Position numbers and translations under genes: made by a program. From Octopus vulgaris (Eukaryota): 64,000 nt of DNA. The notes beneath the pieces are model-generated. The model saw nothing but the letters and a program-made list of their open reading frames with translations, made no database searches and was not told the DNA's origin. Below are positions 26,638 through 40,125 of this stretch, piece after piece. The DNA lies in contig OX597818.1 of the NCBI GenBank assembly GCA_951406725.2, positions 72,354,001 through 72,418,000 of the forward strand. The letters are read 5' to 3'. The stretch's first letter is position 1. Every line of letters starts with the position of its first letter.

Positions 26638-27877
26638 TATATTAAATGAATATGAATGACGGGAGATAAAGTAAGATTTACTCGTGGTCAGAATTGTTCG
26701 AAAACTGAGGTTCTACTGTATATATATATATGTGTGTGTGTGTCTGTGTATGTGTGTTTGTGCGTGTACGCGCGTGTATATGTGTGAGTATGTGTGTGCG
26801 CGTGCGTGTATGTATCTATGTACATTATTGTTATATTGGTCTACTCCGAGTTTCACCTCGAGCTGGTATAAACAGCCCTGCCAAGAACGAAACTAAGAGA
26901 GGAGATCAATGATTTATATTGTATACCTATCTAGCCACTCAACTCAACGTATTGCGTTCTTTATCAGATAATGTTTACGGTACTTAAAAAATATATCAAT
27001 ATATTATATATCCTTTCTGTCAGTCACTGGACTACAGTCATGCCTGCACCTATTCTTATCACTGACACATCAGCGGTTATAATTATACTTTCAAAATAGT
27101 TACGATATATTTATATAGTAGAATGCATGCATGTATGTATGTATGTATGTATGTATGTATGTATGTATGTATGTATGTATGTACGCATGTATGTATGTAT
27201 GCATGCATGTATGTATGTATGTATGCATGCAAGCATGTATGTTTGTATGTATGTGCGTATGTTTTATACATACATGTATATTTATCCATCCATCCATCCA
27301 TCCATCCATCAATGCATACATATATACATATATATATATACATGCTCGTTCAGGTACAGTACACACTGACAAGCACCTACACCCATACGTATATAACATT
27401 ATTAAGAAAAACGTTGCGATACAAGTCGAAGATTTAAGCGTGTTTCTAATATTGAAATCAATAGATTAATAATGTGAATGTTTAAATATCGGATAAATAA
27501 AGAATCCGTAAAGATCGATAATTGTGTCTACTTCAACTAAAGTGAATCATGTTTCAATGCTGCGATTAACATTTAGTTGAGTAACAAAAATTGAATAATT
27601 ATCGGAATTATAAATAATGCGAAAATGAAATATAGGAAAAAGGCGAAAAAGAAATCTGAAAGAAATCAAAGTATGTGATTAGGTTAGCAGAAGAACGGCG
27701 CAGTTAACGACAAATCTATGTTTTATATAATAGAAATAATGTTTTCATTAAAATACAAAAATAGGAAATTTATTCAGTAGACATGTAATAGCAATTAGAC
27801 GAAGTTATTTATTAAAATGTTATAATAATGCTAATGACATATAAAGCTTTCATAGAGAAATTCGTAACAATATATAT

Positions 27878-28030
27878 AGGTGCAGTCTTTACTGTGTGAC
27901 TGAAAAGTTCGCTTCGCAGCCATGTGATTTTCAAGTCAGCTCTACCATACCATTCTTTGGGCATGTGTCTCTTATTGTAGACCCGAACCCAAACAAAGCG
28001 TTCTTTGTAAATTTGGTAGACGGAAGCTAA
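27878..28030 (+). mobile_element. degraded SINE family A 5' part
   Basis: aggtgcag...tgtgtg...ttgggcatgtgtct...aaagc...atttggtagacggaa matches family A. Confidence 0.6.
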
Positions 28031-28463
28031 ATATCTTTTGATCTGTGTATGTTTTCTGGGCCATAATCGTTAATAAAAAGGAGAAAATATCTCCTTTCAA
28101 CAAGATTAGAAATTTGAATTTGGAATTAAAAACTACAAAGAAATTACGTAGAATTGATTTATTGATTTTTTTTTTTTACCTATTATGAATTTCTTACAAT
28201 TTCTTGTTGGCGGTGATCATGACTAGCAGTATTTCATCTTTTTGAGTAAGCTTCAACATGATTTAACACATGACAATATCAGGACTGATGTTAGAGTTCC
28301 ATATTTCACATATTTTGAGTGTTAAAGAGCATGTGTATTCCATCTGAATTATATATTTCATTTTAGTTGTTCCACCATATTAATCTCTGTAAAATGGAGA
28401 GAGAAAGAGAGAGAGAGAGAAGAGGGAAGGGAGAGAGAAGCGAGAGAGAAGGGAGAGAGAAGG

Positions 28464-28495
<32 letters not shown>

Positions 28496-28633
28496 CAGAG
28501 AGAGAGGTGGAGAGAGCAACATTAAAAATTGCAGAATGAGTGCATATACGAGGCTTGGTGGCAGACTTTCTGAAAAATACTGTTTTAGCATTTTGGAGAG
28601 GTAATCTTCCGCTGAAGTAAGTTGCGATCGTAT

Positions 28634-28931
28634 TTTATCTTTACTTTTACTTGCTTCAGTCATTAGACTACGGCCATGCGGGTGCACCGGCTTGAAGAAT
28701 TTAATTCGAACGAATTGACCCCTATGCTTATTTCTTTTTAAGCCTGGTATTTATCCTATCAGTCTCTTTCACGGGGACGTAAACACACTTCGTGAAGTGG
28801 TGGTGAAGGACAAACACGCACACACGAATTGATATATATATGGCCAGATAACCGAAGAGATGGTGTTGTGGTTTTCCACTTCGGCATCTGAAACTCAGAG
28901 TTTCATCTTGACTATTGAGTAATTGTAACAT

Positions 28932-29016
<85 letters not shown>

Positions 29017-29046
29017 ATACACATAGGTACAAACATACATACATAC

Positions 29047-29101
<55 letters not shown>

Positions 29102-29256
29102 CATACATACGACGGACTTCTTTCAGTTTCCAGTTTCCATCTACCAGGTTCATGCACAAGGCTTTGGTTGGACTGAGGCTATAGTAGGAAACATTCGCCG
29201 AAGGTGCCACTGAATCCGGAACCTTGTTCGGAAGTAATCTTGTTACCACACAGCCA
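28634..29256 (-). mobile_element. tRNA-derived SINE family A with internal microsatellite expansion
   Basis: Minus head ggctgtgtggtaa...ggttccggattcagtggcacctt, body gtagatggaaactggaaactgaaagaagtccgtcg, tail taatgactgaagcaagtaaaag. Confidence 0.8.
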
Positions 29257-29339
29257 AGAAAAATAAGATATTTGTTGCAAATATATACAATCAAGAAATT
29301 TGTTTTATTTAACAATTTATTTTAAGGTTATTAATCTTG

Positions 29340-29551
29340 AGTAAAGATTATTTGCCAATATAACATAGCAGTCCTGGTTTAAGACGAAAGTTGCTGTAAT
29401 TTAGCCCCAGGAGACATCGTCTCCAGCTGGCTATACGACACGATCTGTGACCTTATACTTTCGAACAAATACACAGATCGTGTCGTTTAGCCAGCTGGAG
29501 GCGGTGTCCTAAACCGGGACTGCCATGTTATGTTGACAAATAATCTTTACT
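29340..29551. repeat. fold-back inverted repeat (arms 29340-29449 and 29472-29551)
   Basis: agtaaagattatttg...gcagtcctggttta[~30-bp extra]...ctccagctggctatacgacacgatctgtg pairs with cacagatcgtgtcgtttagccagctggag...taaaccgggactgc...caaataatctttact. Confidence 0.9.
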
Positions 29552-29739
29552 TTAGAGTACTGTTGTTGAATATCTCTCTTTGAGAGAATTACAAATAGTA
29601 ATTTTCTATGTTATTAATCTTCTTTTAAAAATTAGTATCCATTTCATTATTTTATATGAGTACCGAAAAATCTGAGGAAAAACTTAAATTAAAATATTTC
29701 ATATAATTCTACTTCTAATACCGATTCTTTCCAGCTTGT

Positions 29740-29860
29740 TCATTTAGCTTTTTAGATCTTGCAACTCCTTTTATATTTCTGACAGTAGTGTAATATCATC
29801 GGCAAAAGACAAGTCGGAAATCTTCACACTTCCTGGATGAAAATCTAGAGACTACACAGT
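29740..29860 (-). mobile_element. RTE-clade RT fragment
   Basis: Minus strand HPGSVKISDLSFADDITLLSEI*KELQDL (cf. DLDFADDIALLS). Confidence 0.6.
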
Positions 29861-30915
29861 ATCTAAAATGAAAATCGTACAGTCTTTCAAACTGCTAGAA
29901 ATAGAAACAAAATCTCCATCAATTTCCACTGAGGATAATTATGGTCGACTTTCTCTTCTTACAGATCTGTTCTATTTAGACAGGCTTCAGGCTAAACAAC
30001 TACAACCAGTTTATATTTGATCCAGGCAAGAAGAATGTAGATTGTCTTGGCATAATAGAAATAACAGTTAAATTTTCTTTAAATTGCATCCTGTGGTCTT
30101 AAATAAGACAAGGATACATTCTACATATATCTAAGCAGACAGAATATCCACAACTGGAAATTCCATTGATTCTTGGAGTACAAAAACCCACACTATTTTA
30201 AACAATTTCCCCCATATTCTCTACAACTCAGAATATAATGTCATACTTCAAAACAGAAACACAACTTTGTATTAAGGCTTTAGGAGTCAGAAGCTGTGCA
30301 TTTTCTTCTTACAACCATATTTAACATGTAAACATTAGTTTCTACAGTTTAAACACCAAAATATCTCTAAATTGAAAATAGTGGTTCGCAAAAGTAAAGT
30401 GGCGTTACTGGACTGTGAATGTCAACAACTCGTCATTATATTCCATTATATATGCAATATATTTCATGAACTAGTATGTTAAAGTAGTAAATACCGAATA
30501 GATATAGTTCCATTCGTGAAATAAACAGTTTCTTTGTCGTGTGTGCATAACCAAAGAGTTATTCATGCTAAAATATGAAATTCTAAAACACCAGTGTATG
30601 TTTCTATATTTTTATTCCTGTTTATGATATTCCTCAACCCAGACAGACTGGTGAGATTCAATGTAAAATACGTATTTAAAATTATTCGCTTCATTTTTTT
30701 TAACACTTTACATAAAACAAATTTTCTTACATTTTTAATTTCTGGTAGGTTCTGCTTTCCAATTTCTTTAATAAATATATTGAAAAATATATTAAAAAAT
30801 CAGTTGGTGAAATTATTCCACGTCAACTATTTTCCTGTCATCTTGTTGTTGGTGCCTCCTCCTCCATCCTTCTCTTCCTCTTACTCCTCCTCTCCTTTTT
30901 CATCTTCCTCTTCAA

Positions 30916-30949
<34 letters not shown>

Positions 30950-31058
30950 TTCTTCTTCTTCTTCTTCTTCTTCTTCTTCTTCTTCTTCTTCTTCTTTTTC
31001 TTCTTCTTCTCATCCTCTTCTCCTTCTTCGAGGTAGTAACAGTAACTGCATCGCATAT

Positions 31059-31740
31059 ATATTAGTTTGTCCGGAATGCTCTGAGCGTTTTTAAGCTAAA
31101 TATTTTAATGCTTCATAGAACACACCTGAAACGTAACACAGTTAAAACTTTGGCGTTGCTTGAAGTGGTAGTGCATCTCTTCTTTGTTCCTGACTAAAAA
31201 TAGATTTATCTTTCATTCTGGTTACCCTTTATTGACATTTGAAATTGATAACCAAAACTTTCATATTTTTAAAAAAGGAGAAAATGCTCCAAAGATTTGC
31301 TAAAATATTTGTGAAGTTTATGGTGATAATGCTGTAGGTGAATCAACTTTTCAAATGCGGTTTGCAAAATTTAAAGCTGGAGAATTTAGCTTGGAAGATG
31401 ACAGTTTCAGTGGAAGACTATCAAAATTGGATGAAAATGTTTTGAAGGCAAAAATCGAAGAAAACTCAAATATTACGACGACAGAACTTACAGAGGAGGT
31501 AAAGGTTTCTAAACGTATGGCTCATGAACACCTAGTGGAGCTAGGATACATTTCTCACTATTGTGCATGGGTCCCTCACAAAATGTCAGAAAATAATTTC
31601 TTGGATCAGTTTGTGGTATACTTTTTGTGATATACTTTTGAAACGGAATGAAAGCATGCCTTTTTTTAAACAACTTGTGACTGGAGAAGAAAAAAGAATT
31701 ATGTATGAAAACGTAGCGCAAAAAGACCCTGGAGTTTGTG
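31059..31740 (+). mobile_element. mariner (DD34D) transposon, 5' half, pseudogene
   Basis: FAKFKAGEFSLEDDSFSGR (HTH), WVPHKM (WVPHEL motif), LVTGEEKRIMY (VTGDEKW, first catalytic D). Possible TA+TIR at ~31059. Confidence 0.88.
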
Positions 31741-31799
31741 TTTGGTTTTATATACAAATAATTAAACGAATAATTAAACGCATAATTTTAGCAAACACA

Positions 31800-32698
31800 A
31801 TACAATAGATGACAGAATTCCTTTAGTGATTAAGTGGCAGCGAAATTTCGCTGGCATTTCAAAAGTGTTGCATGAAAGTTACCAGTATGTGGCGAAAAAA
31901 TATCCTCGTTTCAAACAGATATTTCCTCAGCTGCCTATGGTAACCTTTAGACGGGATAAGAATATAAGAGAGTTATTGACATCTATTTCTGATCAAGAAA
32001 AGAGGTAAGCCCTGTTCATTGTGCAACATCATGAGTCAAGTGAATTCCATCAAGAATCATAACAGAAATGTAATGATTTATACAGAAGGTGGGGCATGTA
32101 GAGATTCCCATTTGGTGTACGCTGCAGAATGCACAAAACACAACTTGATTTACGTTGGTTATACAACAGAACAATTAAACAAAAGATTTAATGTGCATAG
32201 ATTCGACGTCAGGCACAATAACAGTAGTTAGACAGAACTTGCCGAATATTTCGTTTCCGACGGCTGCAATTTTGAAAAATACTTGAAAGTGCATATTCAC
32301 TTCACTTTCACTTTCACTTCTCAGAATCAATGAGAAGAAGTATATTTGCGGTTTATTAACATCACGCCCTGGAGGAAAAAATAAAATGACAGGAAAATAC
32401 CATCAAATTTATACAAAACTGTTTGATTAAATATTCTTTTCCATTTTCTTTTACTTTTTTCTTCCCTATTTTTTTTTCTGTCTTTTACTTTTCGCCTGTT
32501 ATAAAATTGAAACTTTAAGGCTGATGATGTCATTCCGTCAAAGCTTGGACGCTGGTTGCCCTCGTTCATACTTTAAATTTAAATTTCTATAATTTCGAAA
32601 TTTTATCACTTATTTTGAACTTGAAAAAGACAGACTTACTGTCGAAATATCGTTTAGCCAATAAAATAACAATTACAATCGAATCGCGCTCTTCGTCT
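31800..32698 (+). mobile_element. Penelope-like element 3' fragment (linker + GIY-YIG + terminal region)
   Basis: PMVTFRRDKNIRELL, PCSLC, LVYAAECTKHNLIYVGYTTEQLNKRFNVHRFD; AATAAA near 32660. Confidence 0.75.
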
Positions 32699-32722
32699 TA
32701 ATAATAATAATAATAATAATAA

Positions 32723-33192
32723 TATAAACGATGGGCTACAGCAAATATTCTACTCAATGCCACAGATTTTGCTTGTCAGTTGTTTGACCATAACCAGTTG
32801 AGCATGTCCCTTAATTGCTGACAATATGTGCATCTCTGACCACGAGCAGAAGTAGTGGGGGAGCATCATAGCCATGTGCTGAGAGGGATTCTTTGGGGTC
32901 TGAATACTTCACTTCTGGAAACATGGGTGTTTCGTTCTGCATCCTTAAACAACACCTATTCAGGGACCTTTTGAGCAGGATGGGTTACTCGACCAGAAGA
33001 AAATTCTAACTGGGCCTCACCTGCAAGGTCATGTGCTGTTTATCTTGATATGAGATCCCTATGTCGCGCTCATATGGTTGTGTTGCATGTGCCTAGTGTA
33101 TCCTTATCAGACGGGTAGGCATGATGGGTATACTGGGTTTCGTATATTTTACCCCAGTGTCACTTTGATGGCAAGCACTGCTCTCGCACTCA
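32723..33192 (+). mobile_element. ~540-bp element, 5'-truncated copy 2
   Basis: Lacks the first ~90 bp of copies 1 and 3; same 3' end (gcactgctctcgcactc-aataat); (TAA)n on both sides. Confidence 0.85.
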
Positions 33193-33207
33193 ATAATAAT
33201 AATAATG

Positions 33208-33256
<49 letters not shown>

Positions 33257-33262
33257 TAATAA

Positions 33263-33316
<54 letters not shown>

Positions 33317-33899
33317 AAGTAATAGTAGTAATAATAATAATAATAATAATGTTAATATGTAATGGTGATAAAGAGTGTATATTGGTTTTTTAGAAAACTC
33401 TGGAGGAAACACTTGGATGGAGTTTAAAAGTTGAAAGAAGTCGTTTGAATTGAGAAATTTAATGTGTGGCTTGGATTAAGGTGTGTGTATTACATTAGAT
33501 TAAATTGTATAACATATATAACAGATCATTTATATAATTGCTCCATTCTCAATGTAAACTGTCCGACGAACGGGAACGTGAATCACTGAGAGGCAGCGTT
33601 TTAGTTATATGTTAGTTAGTTAATTTTTTGGCTCAAAAAGCAAAAAGCAAGGACATGTAGGGGGACATGGAGTTATGTACAGGGTGGTGTTCATGTAAAA
33701 GTTCAGGCCACTTGAGGTCAAAGCAGACTTTGAACCGAGCGGTCGTCGGCATCTTCACCATCTCGTCTGGCAGCTTATTCCAGGGATCCGCAACCCTGAC
33801 AGAGAAAGCCCCTCTCCTTCGATTGAGATGAAATCGTCGCAGATAGAACTTTTCGGAATGACCCCGCAGCCGACGCACTGGAGCAGGAGTGAAGAACAG

Positions 33900-36023
33900 C
33901 TATTTCGAAAGGTTACACTTTCCGCTTATGATGTTGTGAGCAAGAATGAGATCTCCACGGCGTCGTCGTTTTTCTAGAGAATAAAGGTCGAGCGTCTTCA
34001 GCCTTTCTTCATAAGACAAATTCTTGAGACCAAGAACCATGCGGGTAGCCAGCTTCTGGACTCTTTTGAGATACTGTATGTCTTTGAGGAGATAAGGAGA
34101 AGAGGCTTGAATCTCGTACTCCAATATGGGTCTCACCAGCGTGACATAGAGCGGTAGGAATATGACTGCTGTGAGCATTCCGAATGACCGTCGAATCAAG
34201 AACAGAACTCCGCGTGCTTTGTTGGCAGCATGGACGCACTGGGCCAAAGGCGAAAAGGAGGAATCCACCAAGATACCCAGGTCCTTTACCTGATCGGTCC
34301 TCTCCAGCAGCAGACGACGTGGCTCGAAATCAAGTTGAGTTGCGGGAGGATAGCCAACAGGTAGATGACAGCACTTTGACACGTTCAGACACAGGTCCCA
34401 TTCGTTAGACCATCTCCAAATTTGGTGGAGGCATCGACGAAGATCATCTATATCACCGCGAGGAGCGACCAGTTTGACATCGTCGGCAAATAAAGGGGTG
34501 TGTTGCGTGAGGTCGTCGGGCAAGTCATTTATGAAGACTAAGAACAATAAGGGCCCAAGCACTGAACCTTGAGGCACGCTACTGCTCGCACTGGAGACGT
34601 CGGACCGCGAACCATTAACTTGGACTTGGAAGGAGCGATCTGAGAGGAAGGCACCAACCCATCGTACAATATCCGGATGGAAACTATATGCTTGAAGCTT
34701 GACAAGTAATAGGCGGTGGTTTACCGAGTCAAAAGCTTTGGCAAAGTCCAATAAAACGATGTCAACAGCATCACTATCATCGAGGATGCGCGTCACCAAT
34801 TCTTCCATTACCAGTAAATTGGTCAAGCATGATCTCTTTGGCACGAAGCTGTGTTGGGAATCAGAGATAGAGGCTGTGTTTTGGAGGTGGAGCATCATAC
34901 TTTTCTTAAGGATGGTTTCGAACATCTTGCTGATTATTGATGTAAGGGAAACCGGTTGGTAGTTAAGCGGGTCTTCGCGGCTCCCTTTCTTGAAAATTGG
35001 GCAGATTATCGCTGTTCTCCAGTACGCAGGTATAACACCCGTCGGCAATGACATATTGAATAGACGTGTTAAGGGCTTGCAGATGACCGGAGCCAACGCT
35101 TTGATAACCCGTGGGTGTATGCCGTCAGGGCCGTGACCCTTGTTGACATCGAGGCCTTGAATAACGATTTCGACTCCGTCCCGCGTGATGACCAATCGAA
35201 GCATTGGAGGTACCGATCTATCAAATGAAGGGGGTTCACGACCATCATCTTGTTTGAAAATAGTTGAAAAAGCCTCGGCAAATAATTGACTCGGTTGATA
35301 AGGGTCCTCAATCGATACGCCTATTGAGTCTACCAACGTTGCAATTTGGTTGTTCAAGCGGGAATTCCGTTGGACATGGGCAAAGAAGGTTTTTGGATTG
35401 CTACTGGCGTTTGCCGCAATTTTGTAATCATATCTGAAGCGTTCTTCCTTTTCAATTTTCACGGCTCGGCCTCGTTGAGTTTTGTACACCTCAAAAGCTG
35501 CAGTCGAATCCAGATTTTTGAATTCAGCCCAAGCAATATCTCTGAGTCGAAGTTCTCGTTTAACCTTCTTCGTCACCCAGGGCTTGTGTTTCTTCTTCTT
35601 GGGAAGCCCAACGGGAACTGCCTGGTCAGTCAACGAGATTACATATGCTTTGAGGGTTGACCATAGTTCGTCAACTAAGGACAACGTCATCAGGGATCGC
35701 CAGTCCAGAAGCGCGGAAGCCTCGGTTACAATTTCAAGATTGATTGCAGAGAAGACTCTACGTGGCAGCGAAGTAATCGTGGGCGTAGAAAAAGTTGTGT
35801 GCATGACGAACTTCAGGACCGCATGATCACTCTTGGCAAGAGGGGCGCACACAGATACGTCTGATCTTGGATAGCGGGAGAATGCCAGATCCAGCATAGA
35901 TGGCTGCTGCCCAGACCGATGCCTTGTCGGATATTCAACATGTTGCGATAGAAAACAATCTTCAGCCACGTCAAGAAGGGCCTGGCCGACCGGGAAGATG
36001 ATGTACAAATTGATGCGGGCCAA
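33900..36023 (-). pseudogene. CR1 ORF2 reverse transcriptase segment
   Basis: GPDGIHP, PIFKKG, NYQPVSLTS, LDFAKAFDSV, VPQGSVLGPLLF, FADD. Premature TAG at 33900 with the frame continuing to 33633; frameshift to the APE part near 36000-36045. Confidence 0.92.
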
Positions 36024-36576
36024 TCGATCGTGGGAGCGTTGAAGTCTCCTTTGATATTATCAAACAGTCACGAGAAGCTGAAACGAATCTTATCGCTTCG
36101 AGTAAATGAGCATCGTCCTTGGGGTCGGCAAGAGGCGGCCTGTAGACAGCTAACACGAGCAGGCAAAACCCGGATAGGATCAGCTTGCAATAGACGGCAT
36201 CGAATTTTGTTGTAGGTTGAGCATTAGTAGGTAGATTACCGCTGGACGGTTTGAGATCAGATTTAACATACACAGCAACACCTCCACCTCGCCTTTTTTC
36301 TCTGTCACATCTGAAGAGGGCGTAGCCCCGTAGGTGGATTTCTGAGTCCTTTACTGCTGGAGTCAGCCAAGTCTCGGTGATAGCTATCACATCAGGGGAA
36401 TCACGCATGGCCAGTGTAAATAGTTGGCTGAACTTTGGAAATAAGGAGCACGAGTTGGTATAGACGATGCTGAGCTGTGAAGTTTGAGGGGCGGGAATTG
36501 GGGAACGAGCAGAATAAGGGGTATCAGAGATAGCATCGTTGACGGGGGTATCTACTTTACTTCGATTCGCCCTCAA
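35971..36576 (-). pseudogene. CR1 ORF2 apurinic-like endonuclease (APE) segment
   Basis: YTNSCSL, DVIAITETWL, RCDR...GGGVAVYV, VYRPP. Confidence 0.9.
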
Positions 36577-37535
36577 TTCACTTTCCCTGTCAGCACTACA
36601 GCATGCGACCAGAGGTAGGACTTGATTATTTGTCCATCTTGGATGCGTAAACCCTTCTCTCCCATCTGTTTTCTAATCTTCAGTTCGGATATTAGGTTTC
36701 TCCGGCGAATTCTCTCTCTCAGTGAGTATTCCTCGCGAAAACCCATATTGGGGTCCTCCCAGGCATGCATCTGAGCTCTGTTCAGAAAGGTTGAAGCCTC
36801 CTGATCAGAAGAAAAGATTACTCTTATTGGGCGTGTCTGAGGTTGAGTTCGCTTGGAATCTTCCTAGCCGAGCGACCTTATGGATACTGACATTTTCGTT
36901 GACAGAGAACAATTCTCCAACTAAAACGGAAACAAAATTTATGTCTTCTTTTAGGCGGTTTATGCCTGTATCACAGGTGGATTCAGCTTTACCATAAATG
37001 ATTGCTGATCTTGAGTGGGCAAAATGGTCTTTCTGTTCTCTACTATGAGCTGCGACATTCGATTCTTCGTTGGATGATTTCGAAAGGGTAGTTTCATAGC
37101 CATCAGACTTATGTCGGCCTTTGGGGTCGATCGGAATGGGTTTAGTGGTCATAACTTTCCCGCCTGGTTTGGAACTGCACTGCCTCTTCTTCGGTTTGGG
37201 GGAGCACCACTTCCCAGATGAACTCACCTCAAGATCGTTCAGAATTGGTTGAGCAATGGCATTAATGGGAAGGACAAGTGAGGGAGAATCCAAACAGATT
37301 TTATCGTGAGCAGGTTTCGTAGCTAAATCTGCCCCACTGGAGTTTTGACTACGTTTCTTCTTTTTGGGAGAACAACGGTCTTCAGGTGGGTTTGAGTCTA
37401 CGCTCCTCAAATTAGGTTGGAGAACCTAATATATTTGTGATGTACTTGCAGCTTTAATTATAATAAAGTATATATATATATACATACATACATCTACATA
37501 TATATATATATATATAGGTGTGTGTGTGTGTGTAA

Positions 37536-37580
<45 letters not shown>

Positions 37581-38945
37581 TGTGTGTGTGTGTGTATGTA
37601 AATATATATATGTATGTATGTAAGTATATACATATATATGTATATATATGTATGTATTTAAATATATATGTATATGTAGCCACCAATTTCACCAATGTCA
37701 GCACCAGATTTTTCAAGCAGGAGTTTTAGTGGTAAACCAAACTGAGCACTCATAGTACATGCCTGTTATACTACATCAATTGTAGTGATAATACTGAATA
37801 TTTAAATGATGTGAGTGTATATGATATAATATAGTATAGTCATTACAGTTCAACAGATAAACATTTAAATCCGACTGGGTTACTAATTTCCAAAAGATGT
37901 AATGGTTGAAAATTGACTGCCAGTGAATATTGATTAAGTGGAAAAATAAATATTAGTAATAGTTAAATCGAAAAAACTCTGTAAAAGACAGCAAATGAAA
38001 GAAAAGATTAAAATGAGTATGTCCAGAGATATGAATTACAAATGATTAAAAGGAGTATAATAGATGTCAAAAAGAATGGTTTAAAATTGAAATTAGAATT
38101 TAAATTAAATATTAAAAATTGTACATGAAAATAAATTTAGTAAACAATCATAAAATACCTCAAAATAAAAGAAATGTAAAAGAGAAGAAATTATAGTTTT
38201 AATAATGGAATGAGAAGCGAAGTAGAAAACAAAATACAGAAAAAGAGGTGGGGTGAAATAATTAAGCAAATAATTAAGGAAAGAAAACGAGAACCAGAAT
38301 ACCGGGAAAATAAGACTGAGAAGAGAAATAAATGGGGAGAAAAAGACTTTCTATTTTATCTTCTTTCATTTATTCGCCTTTACACAAATTGTTTTTGATT
38401 TAACTATTGTCAATATCTATTTCTCTGCTAAGGTCAACCGCCAATAGCAGTCAATTTTACAGCGTGACATATTTTTGAAGTGCTTATTAGTTGAACTGTA
38501 AAAACTATATTATAATCGTATAATTCAATTATTCAGTACTATCACAACCCTCAGATAAACGGCCACGTGAAACTCTGAGTAATAGTGTTTTTCAGTTTTA
38601 ATAAAATAGTACATGCTATTTGAGTGCTATTTTTTCACCTCGTTTTGTATTTACTCACTTGTGTATATATATAGAGAGATACCCCATGAAACATATGTAT
38701 ATTTATATTTTCCTCTCGTTCTGGTCTAACGACCCTCCATGTTTATTTTTGTTCGGTTTCCTTGTATGTTTCCACTGTCATTTTTTGTTCCCAACTTTGG
38801 CCCTCCATAAATCCTAAATTTTGTTTTAGAATTTATGGGAGAAACTGTCTTTGAAGTCTTATATTGCCCTGTTTTCCATTTTTTCCTCGTGTTTACGTAT
38901 TTAATGTTATTTGCACCGTTGGTGACGCCCTGTACCCATGTATGC

Positions 38946-38981
<36 letters not shown>

Positions 38982-39126
38982 GCACGCAAACATATCTAAT
39001 ATTATATATATACATACGTACACACACACACATATATATATGTACATATATGTATATATACATGCATAGGTATGTATGTTTATATAAATGTATATATTTA
39101 TAATATGTGTGTATATCTTGTATTAT

Positions 39127-39408
39127 ATTTTTCCTTGTTTCAGTCATTAGACTGCGGCCATGCTGGGGTACGGCCTTGAAGAATTTTAGTCGAACGAATC
39201 AACTCCAGTACGTTTCAAAGCCTGGTACTTATTCTATCTATCTCTTTTGTCAAATTACTGAGTTACTGGGACATAACATACCAACACCGGTTGTCAAGCG
39301 GTGGTGGGGGACAATCTCAGACTCAAGGACACACACACATAGATATGCATTAACACACAAATACACACACACACATACACACTTACATGTATATATATAC
39401 ATACATGA

Positions 39409-39446
<38 letters not shown>

Positions 39447-39650
39447 ATGCATGTATATATGTATGTATGTATGTATGCGCGTATGTATGTATATATTCTT
39501 TCCATTTCCGTCTACCAAATCCATTCAAAAGGCTTTGGTCAGCCCGAGGCTATAGAAGATACTTGCCCAAGGTACCAAGCAATAGGACTGAAACCGGAAC
39601 CTAGTGTTTGGCTAGCAAACTTTTTATCAAACAACCCTCCTACGCTATAA
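39127..39650 (-). mobile_element. SINE family A
   Basis: cttgtttcagtcattagactgcggccatgctgg ... ttccgtctaccaaatcc ... cttgcccaaggtacc ... ggactgaaaccggaacc. Confidence 0.8.
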
Positions 39651-39668
39651 TGTATATTATATATAATA

Positions 39669-40125
39669 TTGGTTTCAAATTTTGGCACAAGGCCAGCAAT
39701 TTCGGGAGGGGGGGATAAATCAATTACATCGATCCCAATGCTCAACTCGTACTATTTTTTCGACCCCAAAATGTATGAAGAGCAATGTCGATCAAGGCGG
39801 AATTTGAAATCAGAATATAAAGGCGAACGAAATGCAGCCAAAAATGTTGTCTGGAGTGCAAACGATTCTGTCAGTTTGCCGCCTTTCGTAAACATATTGT
39901 ATTAAGATATGTTTTATGTTCCGTTGTAATCCTTTCTACTAACGGTAAAAGGCTTGAAATTTAGGGATGGGAAATAGTCAATCATATCTCCCACTACATA
40001 ACTGGTACTTACTTCATCGACCCCGAAAGGATGAAAAGCAAAGTCGACCTCGGCGGAATTTAAACTCAGAATGTAAGGACGGATGAAATGTCGCTAAGCT
40101 AACGATTCTGCCCGCTCGCCGCCTT
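39669..40125 (-). mobile_element. two SINE family B copies (39669-39885, 39928-40125)
   Basis: tcgaccccgaaaggatgaaaagcaaagtcgacctcggcggaattt ... cgattctgcccgctcgccgcctt. Confidence 0.8.

Larger units (their letters stand above)
33601..37430 (-). mobile_element. CR1-clade LINE, nearly full length (ORF1 + APE-RT ORF2)
   Basis: ORF1 pieces 36805-37410 and 36573-36770; APE 35971-36576; RT 33900-36023; CR1-type C-terminus RGH..K...FSVRVADPWNKLP; (ACTA)n-like tail at ~33601-33622. More GC-rich than its flanks. Confidence 0.92.

Noticed and set aside
32515-32662. Hammerhead in the PLE terminus (CTGATGA at ~32521, GAAAtaTC at ~32644)
   Set aside because: The position is suggestive, but stem I does not pair; at best a decayed copy.
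34184-36215. Plus-strand ORFs overlapping the CR1 ORF2 (and those opposite the Dong and PLE ORFs)
   Set aside because: Antisense shadows of TE coding sequence.
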